DNA of 64,000 nucleotides, taken from positions 12,340,001 through 12,404,000 of the forward strand of contig CM075988.1 of assembly GCA_038087875.1 (NCBI GenBank). The letters run 5' to 3'. The notes under the pieces are model-generated. The model was given only the letters and a program-made list of their open reading frames with translations. It searched no databases and had not been told where the DNA came from. The stretch's first letter is position 1, and every line of letters starts with the position of its first letter. Shown one piece after another: positions 38,371-50,858 of this stretch. This DNA is from Malacoraja senta. Taxonomy: Eukaryota. Made by a program: the position numbers and the translations under genes.

Positions 38371-39077
38371 GCTGGCAAGACACAAGGTGGATCTGTGGGA
38401 AAGTTGGCGAGGATGTTTGTGGGTGAAGCCTAAATGTTGCCACCCTCCGTTCTCTTTGGCCTGTTGAGGAACTGCAACTTCAATGTTGGCAGGATCTTTG
38501 AAACCAGGAAGCTGTGGAAGTTTAGTGCACTCATGCTGATAATGTGGGACTAACTGTGAGGCAAGTGCCAAATCTAACGCGGTCTAGATCTTTAACTCTG
38601 GTGTTCCTCTCTCCTTGAATGTTTTTTACTTGGCCTGCAAAACAGTTCCTCTTTGCTAAGACTTTGTAAAAATGTTTTCTGTTTTGGGCATTCCCCTTCA
38701 AAGCAATAAATCCCTCTTATCTTTCCTTATAATAATCTAGATCCTAATCAAGCCATCATTAAATTTGAATCAATCCAGACAACATTTCCTTGCCTTTGTT
38801 TATTGCAGTGATTTGAGATGTTTTGTAATATCCACATATCCTGAGTATATTTAGCTGTCTCAACACCATTTGGTGTAAACGACAATTAGCCAACATCTAC
38901 CTCAGTGTGACATGTAAAACGCATCAAAAAGATTCATCCCATGCAGTGTAAGTAGCTCAGTTAATTGCAAGTTGTTGATAAAACATGTGTTCAACTGGCA
39001 ACAGAGCCAGTTGACCCATCTTTACAACAGTACAAAGATTAGACAATACAACAAGTCATGTTGCCAACGAGGAATAC

Positions 39078-39732
39078 ATGTGTAGGAAGGAGCTGCAGAT
39101 GCTGGTTTATACTGAAGAGGAACACATAATGTTGGAGTAACTCAGCAGGTCAATAGACAATAGACAATAGGTGCAGGAGATTTCCATTTAGCCCTTCGGG
39201 CCAGCACCACCATTCAATGTGATCATGGCTGATCATTCACAACCAGTACCCCGTTCCTGCCTTCTCCCCGTATCCCCTGACTCCGCTATCTTTAAGAGCT
39301 CTATCCAACTCTCTCTTGAAAGCATACAGAGAATTGGTCTCCACTGCCAGGCAGAGAATTCCACAGATTCACAACCCTCATCTCCGTTCTAAATTGCTTA
39401 CCCCTTATTCGTAAACTGTGGCCCCTGGTTCTGGACTCCCCCAACATCGGGAACATGTTTCCTGCGTCCACTGTGTCCAAACCCTTAATAATCTTATATG
39501 TTTCAATACGATCCCTCCTCATCCTTCTAAATTCCAGAATATGCAAGCCCAGCCGCTCCATTCTATCAATGACAGTCCTGGAGCATCTCTGGAGAACATG
39601 GATAGGTGATGTTTTACGTCGACACCCTTCTTCAGACTGAGAGCTAAGGGTCTTGACCCAGAACGTCACCTATTCCTTTTCTCCAGGGATGCTGCCTGGC
39701 CCGCTGAAGTACTCCAGCATCGTGTGTCTATC
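39078..39732. mobile_element. Penelope-derived palindromic element interrupted by a CR1 fragment (about 39152-39575, minus)
   Basis: The arm ctcagcaggtca breaks at a (caataga)n CR1 tail and resumes with gcatctctggagaac; the CR1 part encodes LEFRRMRRDRIETYKIIKGLD. Confidence 0.8.
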
Positions 39733-40102
39733 TAACGAGGAATACATTTTGGTTGAAGTATTTGTCAAAGAACACATGTGTTCAGTTGGAAAGGTCTCAG
39801 AATGGAATAGAATTTCCACTCATCCTGTGATCAGAACAATATTATTTACTAATTTCATTCCTAATATTTGCTAGAGATACAGTGGCAACACAGCCTTCAT
39901 GACCAAGTTCGATCCTGACCTCAGGCACTGTAGGTGGAGTTTGCATGTTCTCCCTTTGACTATGTGGGTTATCTAGATTCTTCCCACATCCAAGTGCTGG
40001 TTGATAAATTAATTGGCCTCGCTAAATTGCCTCTGGGATTTAGCTGAGTGGCAGAAACCGGTGAAGTTGACGGGAAAGTGGGGAAAATAAAATATGGAGT
40101 TA

Positions 40103-40450
40103 AGGGCCTGTCCCACTGTACGAGGTAATTTAAGAGTTCTCCCGAGTTCTCCCCTGATTCGAGCTTGTGTAATGTACATAGCGGGTACGTAGGAGCTCGT
40201 GGATGTCTCGTAGCGGCTCGTACGAGTAACGGTAGGTACTCTGGAAATCCAGTAAACTCGTGACGTTTTTTCAACACTGTGAAAAATGTCCACGAGTAAA
40301 AAAAATACTCGTGATGAAAAAAATTGTTACTTTTTACTCGTACGAGATATCCACGAGCTCCTGTGTACCCGCTATGTACATTACACAAGCTTGAATCAGG
40401 GGAGAACTCGGGATAACTCTTGAATTACCTCATACAGTGGGACAGGTCCT
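40103..40450. mobile_element. PIF/Harbinger-type MITE with long TIRs, inserted into a V-SINE (about 39880-40505)
   Basis: About 110-bp TIRs starting agggcctgtcccactgtacgaggtaatt and ending aattacctcatacagtgggacaggtcct; TTA TSD at 40100-40102 and 40451-40453. Confidence 0.9.
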
Positions 40451-42446
40451 TTAGTATGAATGGGTGCTGGATGGTCTTGATGTCCGAAGAGCTGCTTGGT
40501 TTCCATTTTATATGATTTCTTGGGGGATTGATAATCCATTCAGCAATCCCGAATCACTAGTCGATAGTTTTCAATAGTTATATGCAAGGCTGTTTAGTCA
40601 TATGCTATAAAAAACAACATTCCTGTTATAAAATTGCAGAAGCAGTATTGTTGCAAATTGCTGAAGAATTCCTTAAACACCTTTCATGGTTGTCACACCT
40701 TTCTCCGAAAACTTTAGAATAAATTCATTTATTTTAAATAATTTACAGAATATGTCAGTGCGATGAATAAACACCATAATACAGAATTTTTCATTAAACA
40801 TTTATGTTGGAAAAAAATCAGTATTGCTTTCTTCATTGAATAGTTGAATCGAGAAGCTATTTTCAGCTTTCTGAGATAATTAGTTTGGATGCCAAATGAT
40901 AATTTTGACAGGTCTGTCTAATTTGGTCAACTCATTTGCATTATTTATTTGTGATTCTTTCGGGGATAAAAACACTGTCGTTTGTTAGAATGATGTGTTG
41001 AAAAAATGTTTCATTAATGAAAAAAAAAATCTAAGCCTTTTTGTCCTGAATACATGATGGTGTCCCTTTAGGGTTTTTTTAAAGCTGCTTGTGAGTTGAA
41101 TAAAATATTCAGGTTTTAGATAATTTATTGCTACAATTCATGTCACCATTTTTATGCTGCGATGATTTAGTTTTGAGTTTTGTTAGTGCTGATTTTTTGG
41201 TTATTGTGGCTGACGGGTGCAAGAATATTTACTACTTAGTGCACTTGCAACTGGTAAACGTGCTGTTTTATTTGTGTACAGGGAAACTTCATGACACTTA
41301 ATGGTACCGGTTGGTTTAGGAGGTCATGTTGGTGATTGGTTCAAGATAATCATGACGATTGACTGGAAATGAGTAAGAGTGGCAGTGATTGGTGACCTTG
41401 ACTTGTGACCTGAAAGGAATAAATCAGGGAACAAAATCAGGAATAGTCCTTCAGGTAAAAATGTATTCATAGCATTGATTTTCACAAATGCAGGAACATA
41501 TGTGTTACTTTTGGTTAAGCTAACCTCACTTCAGGTTAGACCACAAAATGGCAACCTTTGACCTACATCAAGCTTGCTTCCTACTAATAGTGAAGATGCA
41601 TTTTATCTCCCATTTTGGAGACTAAGATGGCTGTTTTCTATCTACAAAGCAAGTTTGCCTGGCTGAATCTCTGAGGCTTAATGGCTTTTTTCAAACTATT
41701 TGAAATTCACAAATTCACAACATTGGAGGTGAATCTTAAATTAACCCTTGTTGAGTGACCAGAGCAGGGAAAAGGTTGGAAATTTGTGTAGAATATCAGA
41801 TATTACACATTTTGGTAATTGCATGCAGTTTTATGTCCTCAGTTGTAAAATGGATATTAAAATCATAATGGACACAGAATGGTTTCTAGTATGTGATTAT
41901 GGGGAAGTATGCAGGTGGGGCTATGCTGTATTTACTCATTCATTTTTGTGGTTGCCTTTCCCCATCTCTCTTCAGCCTTCAGAAATAGTTCTCGTGCCAC
42001 TGTAATCAATGTTTTGAAAGTAGTCTAATATTGTTACTTGATAATGTAATATATTTCAAAGATGCGACTGTTTGTGACTCAAGCACTAGTTGTAGAAATC
42101 TCAGGCCTCTTATTTGTTGTGATAGGAAGGTGAGAAATAGAATCTAGAGTGGTCCATTTAGCACAGTAAGCATGCTTTACCATTCAGTGAGATGATGTAT
42201 GATCTGATCATCACTCTCAACTCCATTATATTGCCTGATTCCCATAACTGAGAAGTCCTAAAGGTCTATCTCAGCCTCAAATATATGTTATGATCTCATC
42301 TCACTGCAAAGAGTCACAAACCTTTGAATTCAGAAATTCATCCTTGTCTTGATCATAAACAGACTTCCCTTTATCCTGGATTCATTGCCCAATTCTGGAT
42401 TTTCCAATCAGTGGAAACAACTTCCCAGTAAATTACATAAATATTT

Positions 42447-42578
42447 GTGTGGGAAGGAACTGCAGATGCTGGTTTAAATCGAAGATAGACACAAAATACT
42501 GGAGTAACTCAGCAGGACAGGCAGCATCTCTGGAGAGAAGGAATGGGTGACATTTCGGGTCGAGACCCTTCTTCAGAC
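42447..42578 (-). mobile_element. Penelope terminal arm carrying the best-preserved hammerhead-ribozyme core
   Basis: Minus strand 42576-42549 reads CTGAAGA-A-GGGTC-TC-GACCC-GAAA-TGTC. Confidence 0.7.
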
Positions 42579-42954
42579 AAATAGAAATATTTGTTTTGGC
42601 TGGCAAGTCAGTGTTGAGGAGAGATTGCTATTCTTTTGTCAACCTGATGGTTGTTGGTTGTCAGCCTGATGGTTGTTGGAGTGTGCAAACATTATTCACT
42701 TTGTCATACAAGGAAATTATAAAAACCCATGATACAGAAGATAAATGAACATGGGAAGAGAAAGGAGATGAAACTAATTTTCAGTCTTCTCCTGAAAAAA
42801 TACTGGTCTATTGACTTAACTGGTTTTAATGGCCAGGTTATGCTAGGTGGGGCATCTGAGCGATGATCACAATCATCTATACCTGGTGAGACATTTCCTG
42901 AAGCCTCAGCTCAAAAAAGAAAGCTGTGCCATACCTTGCCAAAGTCCTATAATG

Positions 42955-43990
42955 TAGCAATGTTACAAAATTTTGAGACTTTAAAAATAAAGTCTGCAAT
43001 TTATCCCATCAGATAAAGCCTAAAAAGAAGTTTAATTTGACACCTAATTCACTTTCATATCTTCAGTATTAAAAAGGTTATGGCCATTTTCATACTCGGA
43101 AATTAGCATCTTGTTCCCTATTGCTTTTCCATTGACAACACAAAAGCTGTGATCGAGGACAGTCAAAAGCCAATAACTTTCTTAAAAATTAAGAGAACTG
43201 AAAGAAATGTTCAGTTATTATAGATTGAAGCATTCTGAAACAAATATGAAACAATCTTACTTAGATGACATGAAATTAAAGCATATAATTAGTTAGTTAC
43301 CTAATTGTAGCTAATTACAAAATTCAATTACTAGATCTAAACATCTATCAATTTCTTAAGAATAGATTAACATTTTTAAATAGCCTAAGTGTCCAAATTC
43401 ACACAAGAATTCACAATATAACATAATTTTTAAATCTCATTGTCATGGATTTACAGGCCAAATGGAAGGAATTGAATGTTTAATACCTGTAAATTAATGG
43501 GCATTTAAATCATTTTGCGAGTGAGGTTTTCTGGAACGCGATCATTTGGAACGTTGATTTGCGGTGAATTTAACCCCGTATCAGCATGAAAAATTCTGCC
43601 GTTAGTTCGGGGAAAAGAATCATCGTTTCGTATTAAAAAATATGAATTAAAGGCTTCTTAAGAAGTACTTTTATACATTAAAATAAACTACTTTCGTTTA
43701 CCTGTCCCGTGTGTGAAATCCGTCCCCGTTGTCGGCGTTGACGGCTTTCGAAGCTGATTTTAAAATAACTCCAGCGCTGACATTGTCGATTTAATAAAAA
43801 TAAAAAATACACAAAACCCCCGTAGGAACGATTTTTCAGCAAACGCTTGTACTCCAACAAAATATAATACAGGACAAGGTAGGAGAAACCCGCGTTTTAA
43901 CCCTGCCCCCCCCTTAAAGGCGCCACAATCGCGCACACGGCCAGTGGCAGAATTGCAGCGCCGCTGAAGATAAGTATTGTAACATACCTA
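42955..43990. mobile_element. Non-autonomous TIR DNA element, superfamily unassigned
   Basis: TIRs tagcaatgttacaa / ttgtaacataccta, flanked by a tataatg direct repeat at 42948-42954 and 43991-43997. Confidence 0.75.
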
Positions 43991-45899
43991 TATAATGATC
44001 AGCTAAGACCTCGGTGACCAGAGAGACCAATCTTGTGTCTGTTTAGTCAATTAAATCATAGGAATTGGAGCGTAACTAAGAACTGATCAAGGGTCTTTCA
44101 GAGGTTCACAAGTGCAGCATTAGTGTCCAGGTGTCAATGGTCTAGTCAGCAGGAAGATACACTGCTGTTTACAACTAGGGTGAGTGGAGTTAGGGGTGGA
44201 TTTACCCAAGTTTGCAAGTGGTTTACCCCATTAATATTTGATTCATGTTGTCAGTTTATGGTGAACTTTAGTTGTTATAGTTTTTTCTCAATGGGATAAA
44301 ACTAATTGAAAATGATAGGTGAGTAGTATTTAATTTATAATGTTAGTTGTCTCTGAAAAATGTTGTTAATATTAATGAACAGAGTATTCTTTACTTTCAA
44401 ACGAAAACAAATAATTGAGTTGCAAGCACTTAATCTTTATCAAATTTGATCTAAAGATGAAAGTTAAGAATCACGTGCACAATTTAGCATGAATTTGGAC
44501 ATTGATCTCTGCTTCTGATAACCAATTTCATTAACTTCAGTGGAATTGCAATTTGGAAATAGCTTTCAATGTGTATAAACTGTCCTAACATGTGATTAGC
44601 AACTGTGACTGAGGATGATTTTTTTTGATTAGTATGGGTTTCAGGGGTTATGGGGAGAAGGCAGGAGAATGGGGTTAGGAGGGAAAGATAGATCAGCCAT
44701 GATTGAATGGAGGAGTAGACTTGATGGGCCAAAATGGCCTAATTCACTCCTATCACTTATGAACCTATGAACTTATTATCCCCACATTGTTCACTGTCAG
44801 CAGATTCACAGGAGACGAAATAGCAAACTTGATTAAAAGAGATGTTTGAAATGCAATCTTGAGTGTGAAAAGTGTCAATATTCCTAATAGCAGGCAACAT
44901 TTTTGGTGCAGAAGGATGTTTTGCATATTGTTTTTTCCACTGTTTATATCTTTTGTCTACCAGACAAATTATTGTCCTTCCGTAGGCAATTAAATATCCA
45001 AGCACAACGGATAAGAGGGCATTGCCGTTTTCCAATATTAACCAACTTTATAGCTGAGCAACTCTGCACAATTTGATTTTTCTTCTCTTGTTGTTAACCT
45101 GAATCTTATAGTTATTTTCCAAAGACTTTTGATTATTTTCCACCATGAGATGAGTAGTAAGCTTGGCTGTTCCTCCTCATTGAACCAAGATCATATCCAA
45201 TGCAATAGTTGTTTTGCTTTATCAAGCCATACTTGACGATTGAACATTTTAACCATTGCCAACTAATCAATGCCTCACTGAGTCAACATCGGAAAACAAC
45301 ACGCTGGACAATCTATCAGGATTGATTTCAGTACATCAAGTGAGAGCCAAATATTATGTATTTTGTCAAAAATAAATTTCAAACCTGTAAAACATTGTAA
45401 CGACTGTTGGACAGGTACATAGATAGGAAAGGTTTAGAGTGATATAGGTCAAATACTGGTTGATGGAACTAGTGTAGGTGGAATATCTTGGTTAGCATGA
45501 GGAAATAGGGCTGAAGGGCCTGTTTCCATTCTGTATGACTAATTTCAGCAAGAAATCGTATTCTAAATTAATGCAATGAAATGCAAGTTTCTCCTACATA
45601 ATGTGAACTGATTTCAAACTGTAATTTAAAACATCGGTGGGAGATTACAGTATATCTCCACCCTTTTTCCAAAAAGGGTGGTTGGTTTTAAGGGATGATG
45701 ATAGGTGTGGACCTTAAAATTAACATGTTTTATGTCATATACACCGGATCGATTAGATGCAACAACAGCATTAAATATACAATAATTTGTCAGTTAATCT
45801 TATTTTATTATTTATGCACATACATACACAACATGACATATTTATGATATTGCTTGACTGCTATGTTTACAGAGGTGTTAAACTGTTATTCATTAACTA

Positions 45900-48010
45900 G
45901 GCACGACAGTGCAAAATACAAAGTGCTGAGAGCTCAATAGTAATGCTAAGTTATTTGTGGTTCTCTGTGGTTGAGGCAGGGTTATGCGAGGTGATCAAAA
46001 TATGTTGGTCGATCAGACAAAGCTGTTGTTGGATCTGGAGGCAATGATTCTCAGACTCCTGTACCTCCTTCGCTGCAAGAAGAGAGGGTGGCCAGGGTTG
46101 TGTCTGTCTTTGATCATATTAATTGCCTTCCTGAGGCAACAATTCCTGTTGCTCTCTTCGATGGTATGGTCTATAGCCTTGATGGACCAGGCAATGCTAA
46201 CCACTTCCTGCAGCTTCTTCATTCTTGGATGTTTGAAGTCAGGCTGTGATTTCCAAGCCGGGCTGGGATGCAACCAGTCAGTATGCTCTTTGAAGAAGAC
46301 CAGACTGAAGAAGGGTCTTGACCCAAAATGTCACCCATTCTTTCTCTCCAGAGATGCTGCCTGTCCCGCTGTGTTACTCCAGTATCTATCTTTAGTATAC
46401 TCTCCTCTGACTTGTTTAAAAGAGTGTCACCCATTCTTTATACAAATTTGATAGAGTACTCAGTGACATGCTAGTTCTCCCCAAAATTCTGAGGAAGTAG
46501 AGATGTCATTGAGTCATACATTATGAAAAATAGGTCCTTTGGCCCAATTTGCCCACGCCGAACCATTTACCCCATCTACACTAGTCCCACCTGCCCATGC
46601 TTGACCCATATACCTCTTTCCTATCCATATACTTGTCTAGCTGTCTTTTGAATGTTGTTATTGTACCTACCTCAGCTACCTCCTCTGGCAGCTTGTTCCA
46701 CCACCTTCTGTGTGAACAAGTTGCCTCTCAGTTGGTGCTTTACCTTTGTGATTGCATCAAGTTATTCAACCTAGGACAGATTATCAAATATGTGTATGCC
46801 CAGGAATTTGAAGCTAGTAACTATCTCCACCACCATCCCATTGGTAAAGACGGTTGCATGGTCCCTTGACTTTGCCTTCCTGAAGTCACAAATTAGCTCC
46901 TTGGTCTCCTTGAAAGCAAAATTGCTGTTCTGGCACCACTCAACCAGTATGTCGATCGTTGTCCTGTACTCTGACTCATTATACGTTGCTTGTCCAATGA
47001 TGGTGTTATATCAGCAGATTTAAAGATGGCATTGCTGCTGTATCTGACTACAAAGTTGTGGGTATAGTTACTGTAGATCAGGAGTGAGCATATAGCCCTG
47101 AGGTGCCTGGGTACTGATGCTCGGTGAGGTGGAGGTGTTGGGGCCAATCCATACCAATTGAAGTCGGCTGATGAGGAAGTCGAGGATCTAGTTGTATAAG
47201 AAGGAGCACAGAACCAGATACCTGAGTTTGGAAAGGGTGATGGAGTTGAACGCCAAGCTTTTGCTCATGAACAATAACATGAAGTATGTATTCCTGTTGT
47301 CCAAGTGGCCATGTGCTGAATGGAGAGCCACCAAACTTGCATCCAGTGTTGATCTGTTGAGGCAGTCGGCATATTGAAGAGGGTCTCGTTCATTACCGAG
47401 GTGGGAGTTGAAGTGAATCATTACCAACCCCTGAAAGAACTTCATCGCAATGGATCTGAGTGACACTGATCAGTAGGAAGAGAGGCATGTCATCTTGCTC
47501 TTCTTGGGTACCAGTATAGGTGTCCTTGTACCTCAGACCTTGGCAGTGAGAGGGTGACTATTTCTGCAATAACTCCAGCCAGTTGTTCTGCCAACATTTT
47601 AAGAACATGTCCTGGTGCACAAGCAGGGCTGGATGCTTTCCAAGGGTTCATCGTCAAGAAGGATCTTCTCATGTCAGCCTCAGAGACTGAGAATTCAACA
47701 TCGTCAGAGTCTGTGGGAGCCCATGAAGAAATATAATTCTTCTCCCTTTTTAAGAGAGCATAGAAATTGTCAAGCTCATCCAGGAGTGCTGCATCACTGT
47801 CACTTGAGCTAATTGGGCTTTTACCATGTTGGAAGTGATGGTGTCCAAGCCCTGTCTCCAGTTCTGTCCTGAAGTGTCTATTGTTTTCTTGATGGCCTAC
47901 TGGAGATTGTACATGGGCTTTTTGTATGACTCTGAACCGCCTGACTTGAATGCCGCAGGGCCTCGCTAGATTGCGGACCTCCTGGTTCATCTAAGGCCTC
48001 TGGTTAGGGA
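45900..48010 (-). mobile_element. Large degraded Rex1/Babar-type LINE (RT pseudogene) with nested Penelope (about 46295-46390) and CR1 (about 46508-46735) pieces
   Basis: Minus-strand peptides DAALLDELDNFYA, DPLQYAD..NRSTLDA..ALHSAHGHLD..TYFMLLF...SLAFNSI and CLRKAINMIKDRHNPGHPLF. Confidence 0.85.
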
Positions 48011-48054
48011 ACACTCAGACGCTCGGAAGAAGAAAGATATTCTCAAAAATATTA

Positions 48055-48232
48055 GTATAAACAAGGAACTGCAGAAGCTGGTATATACCAAAGATAGACT
48101 CAAAGCACTGGAATTACTCAGCGGGCCAGGCAGCATCTCTGGAGAGGGGTCTAGAGAGAGGTCCCTACCCAAAACATTTTTCTCCAGAGATGCTGCCTGA
48201 CCCGCTGAGTTACTCCAGCATTTTGTGTTTAT
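48055..48232. mobile_element. Penelope-derived palindromic element
   Basis: Inverted arms ctggaattactcagcgggccaggcagcatctctggaga / tctccagagatgctgcctgacccgctgagttactccag. Confidence 0.8.
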
Positions 48233-50107
48233 CATTTTCAAAAATATTATTGGATGTCTTTGATGGATTGTTACTTTCTCCTATTTTCCTTTACCATTCC
48301 CTAAATCATGCATCCTACAGAATTCACCTCTGGGTTAAGTCCAGCCCATCGTATCTGTGGTGCTTGACATATATCACCACTGATAGACAAGGAATAGTTT
48401 GGATGTACTGAGTAGAAATACCTTTGACTCAGGAAGGTTGATTGCATATTACTGCATGCCATTTACCTGCACTAAAGTCAAAGTAATAAAGTCGATGGTG
48501 CACAATCTGACCTTATTGTGACAAATTGAATTGAGTGCATTTCTGTTTTTGCTTCAAAATTCTTCTTAAATTTGTATTGATTACAGATATGAATCTATTT
48601 CATAATAGAGCACTACAGGAGTAAAATGCAGATAGAATTCTGAAATCTCATTTGATTGGAACAGGCACAAAATCATCTGCAGTATGTATTTTGTTTCATG
48701 TATTTGCACTTGACAGATTCTTCATTTCTGCAGTGTGTGTATTTAAGTGACAAACAGATTTGACTCTGAATATGTATTATGCATTTGTTGATCTGAATGC
48801 TGAAAGAAAGTTGAAAATGCAAGAAGATGTGGTCTGGGATTGCAAATAACGAGAACTTAAGTGATGGAAGTCTTGCCGATGCAATGACTTCATATTCCCT
48901 CATTGGCAATTGTGTATTTTGTGACAGGGCACGGCAAGAACTCAGACATAATACTTGCACTGAATTAACCAAAAAAAATGTTTTTAATTATGTGCACACA
49001 TTAATGCTGAAGGCAGTTCAGTGAGTTTGTGATATTGTTAGGATGGATTGGCTATGAGCTGCAGAATTAAATCTTGACATAATGCAATGATGATGTCTCA
49101 AGATGGCTTTCAGTTGATTTTCCTTCTTCCTGCTGGCTCTACACTTCTTCAATATCACTTTTTTTTAAACCTTTGTGCAATCATTCTTCAAGGCTCTATT
49201 ATCCAATTCAGTCCTCTTGGACCATCTGTCCATTTACAAATAGGACGCACACTCAATCTTAACTGAAGATCTAATGAGTAAAGGTAGCACTAACAGATGC
49301 ACTAAATCCACCAGGATTTACTGCAAACATCACTTCTCTGTTTTATTTTAGTAATTGCAGTATATAATAATGTGGGAACAAAAATGCCAATTCCTTTTCC
49401 AATTTAATGACCATTGGTTTCCATTTCTGTTTTGTACACCAGATTGCTTTGTTGTGAGTAGTATTGGCTTGTGAAACTTGATCAGTGGAGACTGCCTAAA
49501 ATTGTTTGTTTAGAAAGTCATTTTTATTTACTTGTGATGTTCCAACTAAGAATTTCATTGCTCCGTTGTCAGAACACACAACAATTAAACACTCTTGACA
49601 TACTGACTCAGGAAGCCTATTTGGCCCAGAAGAGTAATTCCATAAACACCATTTCTCTGTTTATTTCCCTGTCACCTGTTGTTCCCACAGGTCCATCAAC
49701 TCCTGCCTGATTTTCTTGGCATCCATCTACATTAGGTTAACTTACCAGCATATCCTTGGGCTGGGAGAGGATGGTGGAACATCAGGGGAAAAGGCTCACG
49801 GACACAGAGAGAATATGTGAATGCAGGAGAAACTGAAGGGTTTAGTTGTTTGTGGAACACGTGGGGAAGATTCGGGTGAATGCTGGTCGGCACAGACTCA
49901 GTGGGCGGAATGGCTTGTTTCCAACGCTTTATCTCTAAACTAAACCAAACTAAAAGATATGTGTTAAAGATCTCTGAGAATATAAATGGTTAATGTTTTC
50001 ATAGTGGTGGAATATGTTTTGCGAGTGGCACTCATGTCAAATTTGCGATCACAAAAAAAATGTGAAATGTGGACATCTTTGCTTTAAGAAATCACTGCTG
50101 TGTTTCT

Positions 50108-50858
50108 CATAAGGTCATAAGTGATGGGAGTAGAATTAGGCCATTCGGCCCATCAAGTCTACTCAACCATTCAATCATGGCTGATCTATCTCTCCCTCCT
50201 AACCCCATACTCCTGCCTTCTCCCCATAATCTCTGACACCTGTACTAATCAAGAATCTATCTATCTCTGTGGAATTCTCTGCCACAGAAGGCAGTGGAGG
50301 CCAATTCACTGGATGTTTTCAAGAGAGAGTTAGATTTAGAATTAGAATGAATTAGAATGCCATTTTATTGTCACCATACACATGTACAATGAGATTAAAA
50401 GCAGCTCGTACTCAGTGCAGACATGTAATTAGTTCAAAAAACAAAGAAACAAAACAAAACAAAAGGGGGGAGGGGATAAGGTGCACAGTTCTGCGGCGCT
50501 ATATACATATCTATAACATGGCAATGGGTGAATAGAGTGAATAAATAGGATTCCTATATACAGTATGGGTTATTGCACATATTAAAAATTACAGTTACAG
50601 TACAAATTACAGTAGGTGGATAGATGGAAGTCCGGGGGTTAAGCTGTGAAGTCAGTGCATGTGTGAGTTCAGAGAGGTTATGGCTTTTGGAAAGCAACTG
50701 TTCTTGAGTCTTAGGGATAAAGGAATCAAGGAATATGGGGAAAAAGCAGGAAGAGGTTACTGATTTTAGATGATATTGAATGGCGTTGCTGGCTCGAAGG
50801 GCCGAATGCCCTTCTCCTGCACCTATTTTGCTATGTTTCTTCGTCTCTATGTTTTTCT
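50108..50858. mobile_element. Head-to-head CR1 3' fragments, the second interrupted by a Rex-like LINE 3' end (about 50338-50710, minus)
   Basis: Minus CR1 at 50108-50269 abuts a plus CR1 starting tctgtggaattctctgccacag at 50266, which resumes at about 50710 and ends in a ctatgttt tail. Confidence 0.75.
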
